DNA from: Camelus ferus
Taxonomy: Eukaryota
Direction of reading: 5' to 3'
Assembly (NCBI RefSeq): GCF_009834535.1
Contig: NC_045707.1
Span: 50,594,001 to 50,658,000, forward strand
DNA: 64,000 bases
The notes beneath the pieces are model-generated. The model ran no database searches and had not been told where the DNA came from. It was given only the letters and a program-made list of their open reading frames with translations. Positions 62,701 through 64,000 of the stretch are shown one piece after another. The position numbers and the translations under genes were made by a program. The first letter of the stretch is position 1, and each line of letters starts with the position of its first letter.

Positions 62701-63029
62701 ATAAACCAACTCAATTTTAATTATTATTAGCATTTTCCCTTCAAAAACAAATACATCCATTTGCTGCCATAAGAAAAGCAAATTTTCAAAGAGCAAACTG
62801 TCTTCTAAAATGAGCAAACCATTCAATCATTTGTTAAACAAATATTTATTAAATGCCTACCATGTACGAGGCATTATAACTTCAGTAAAAACTGCCCTTC
62901 AGGATGCTGGGAACATGGTTTTCAGAATTAATGAAAAACTGGAGCATTTGCATCTTTTGGGGAAATTACAGAGTCCTCTGTGGCATGAGAAAATCTATTG
63001 GTCTACTTTTCAGAGCAATGCCTATATGC

Positions 63030-63460
63030 TAATAGTGGTTGAATTGTGTTGCCAAAAAGATACCCAGCTCCTAACCTCTAGTACCCGTGAATGTGACTGT
63101 ATTTGGAAATAGAGTCTTTACAGGTGTAATTAAGTAAATGATATCATGATGAAGTCATCCTGGATGCAGAAAGAGAAAAGGACACAGAGATGCTAAGAAA
63201 AATAACATGTGAAGAGAGGTAGAGACTGGAAGTATGCTGCTACAAGCTAAGCAATGCTGAAGATTACTGGGAGTCACCACAAGCTAGGAGAGAGGTGTGG
63301 AATGTATTCTCCTTCAGAGCCCCCGGAAGGGACCAGCCCTGCTGACACTTTGATTTTAGACTTCTGGCCCCTCACATTGTGAGAGAATAAGTTTCTGTTT
63401 TTTAGCTACCTAATTTATGCTAGTTTATTATAGCAGCCCTCAAAAAAACTAAATTAATGC
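63030..63460 (+). mobile_element. MLT1B/C-type solo LTR
   Basis: 'gttgaattgtgt...gtgaatgtgactgtatttggaaatagagtctttacaggtgtaattaag...ccagccctgctgacactttgattttagacttctggcc...gtgagagaataa...tatagcagccct'. Confidence 0.9.
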
Positions 63461-63554
63461 TCTTATCCACAGTATAACCCTACTCCTGGACTCCCCAAAG
63501 GTCCGTGAAGCCTCAGTTAAGAACATCTAAATTAGAAAATCTCCAAGGGACTGT

Positions 63555-63690
63555 GGCCATGAGGGGACTGGAGGAAGCTTGCAACAGTGTCCTTTGTGGT
63601 AAAGATCAACCAGGAACATTTAGCCTGCAGAGGGTAATGGGAGACTTAATGACTCTCCTCAAGTATTTGGAAAACTGTCCAATCTATGTG
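63555..63690 (+). mobile_element. CR1/L3 LINE remnant (ORF2 C-terminal motif)
   Basis: Translation GTFSLQRVMGDLMTLLKYLEN resembles the CR1/L3 motif FSLEKRRLRGDLI.VFKYLKG. Confidence 0.6.
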
Positions 63691-63701
63691 GCCTCATAGA
63701 T

Positions 63702-63840
63702 GAGTGGACATACAATTTTTCATCCAAAATAAGGCATTTCTGATAATTAAAGGGAGAAACTATTACTAATCATGCTGGGACAACAGATTTATGTTAAGCC
63801 AAGACTGTCTCGAGCCGAGTAGGACATGATGATCCCCCTG
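63702..63840. mobile_element. MER94 (hAT-Blackjack) MITE
   Basis: 'catacaatttttcatccaaaa...aaagggagaaactattactaatcatgctgggacaacag...gactgtctcg...ggacatgatgatccccct'. Confidence 0.7.
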
Positions 63841-64000
63841 CACACAGAAGATAGCCAGGATCAAAGGATGGGAAGGAGAAAGAGAGAGACACAATTTGGT
63901 TTAAAACAAGGATGAATTTCTCAATAATCTGACCTCTTACTAGATTCGTCTTAGTAGAGACTAGGTAATCACTTGGCAAAGAATTTAAGAGGAGTAGCAT

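Noticed and set aside
63794..64000. Minus ORF at the window edge with leucine-rich start
   Set aside because: Runs into a MER94 element; no supporting splice or homology evidence
1..64000. CRISPR arrays, operons, tRNA/rRNA genes, NUMTs or processed pseudogenes
   Set aside because: None recognised by eye; short or old retrocopies could be missed without BLAST or Infernal

Overview
AT-rich, CpG-depleted placental-mammal genomic DNA, intergenic or deep intronic, with roughly half of it interspersed repeats. I saw no Alu, B1/B2, Can-SINE, Bov-tA/BovB or PRE1 SINEs, and the young L1 3' ends resemble camelid (alpaca/camel-type) L1 as I recall it, so a camelid or related cetartiodactyl is my best guess; this is unverified. 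No recognisable protein-coding gene, RNA gene, CpG island or prokaryotic feature is present. The ORFs I could assign are L1 or CR1 remnants or microsatellite artefacts; the rest look like chance ORFs. The clearest unusual structure is three separate 5'-inverted L1 insertions within about 22 kb (14.9-36.3 kb). Two appear associated with deletions and one has ORF1 cleanly removed, possibly by splicing. The window also holds a young L1 with a perfect 20-bp flanking duplication, a solo ERV1-type LTR, a 172-nt pure purine AAAAG/AAAGG tract, several templated micro-duplications and a few unvalidated candidate exons in unique sequence. Repeat family names come from remembered consensus sequences, not a database search, and boundaries of old repeats are approximate. 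I found no convincing new biological system.
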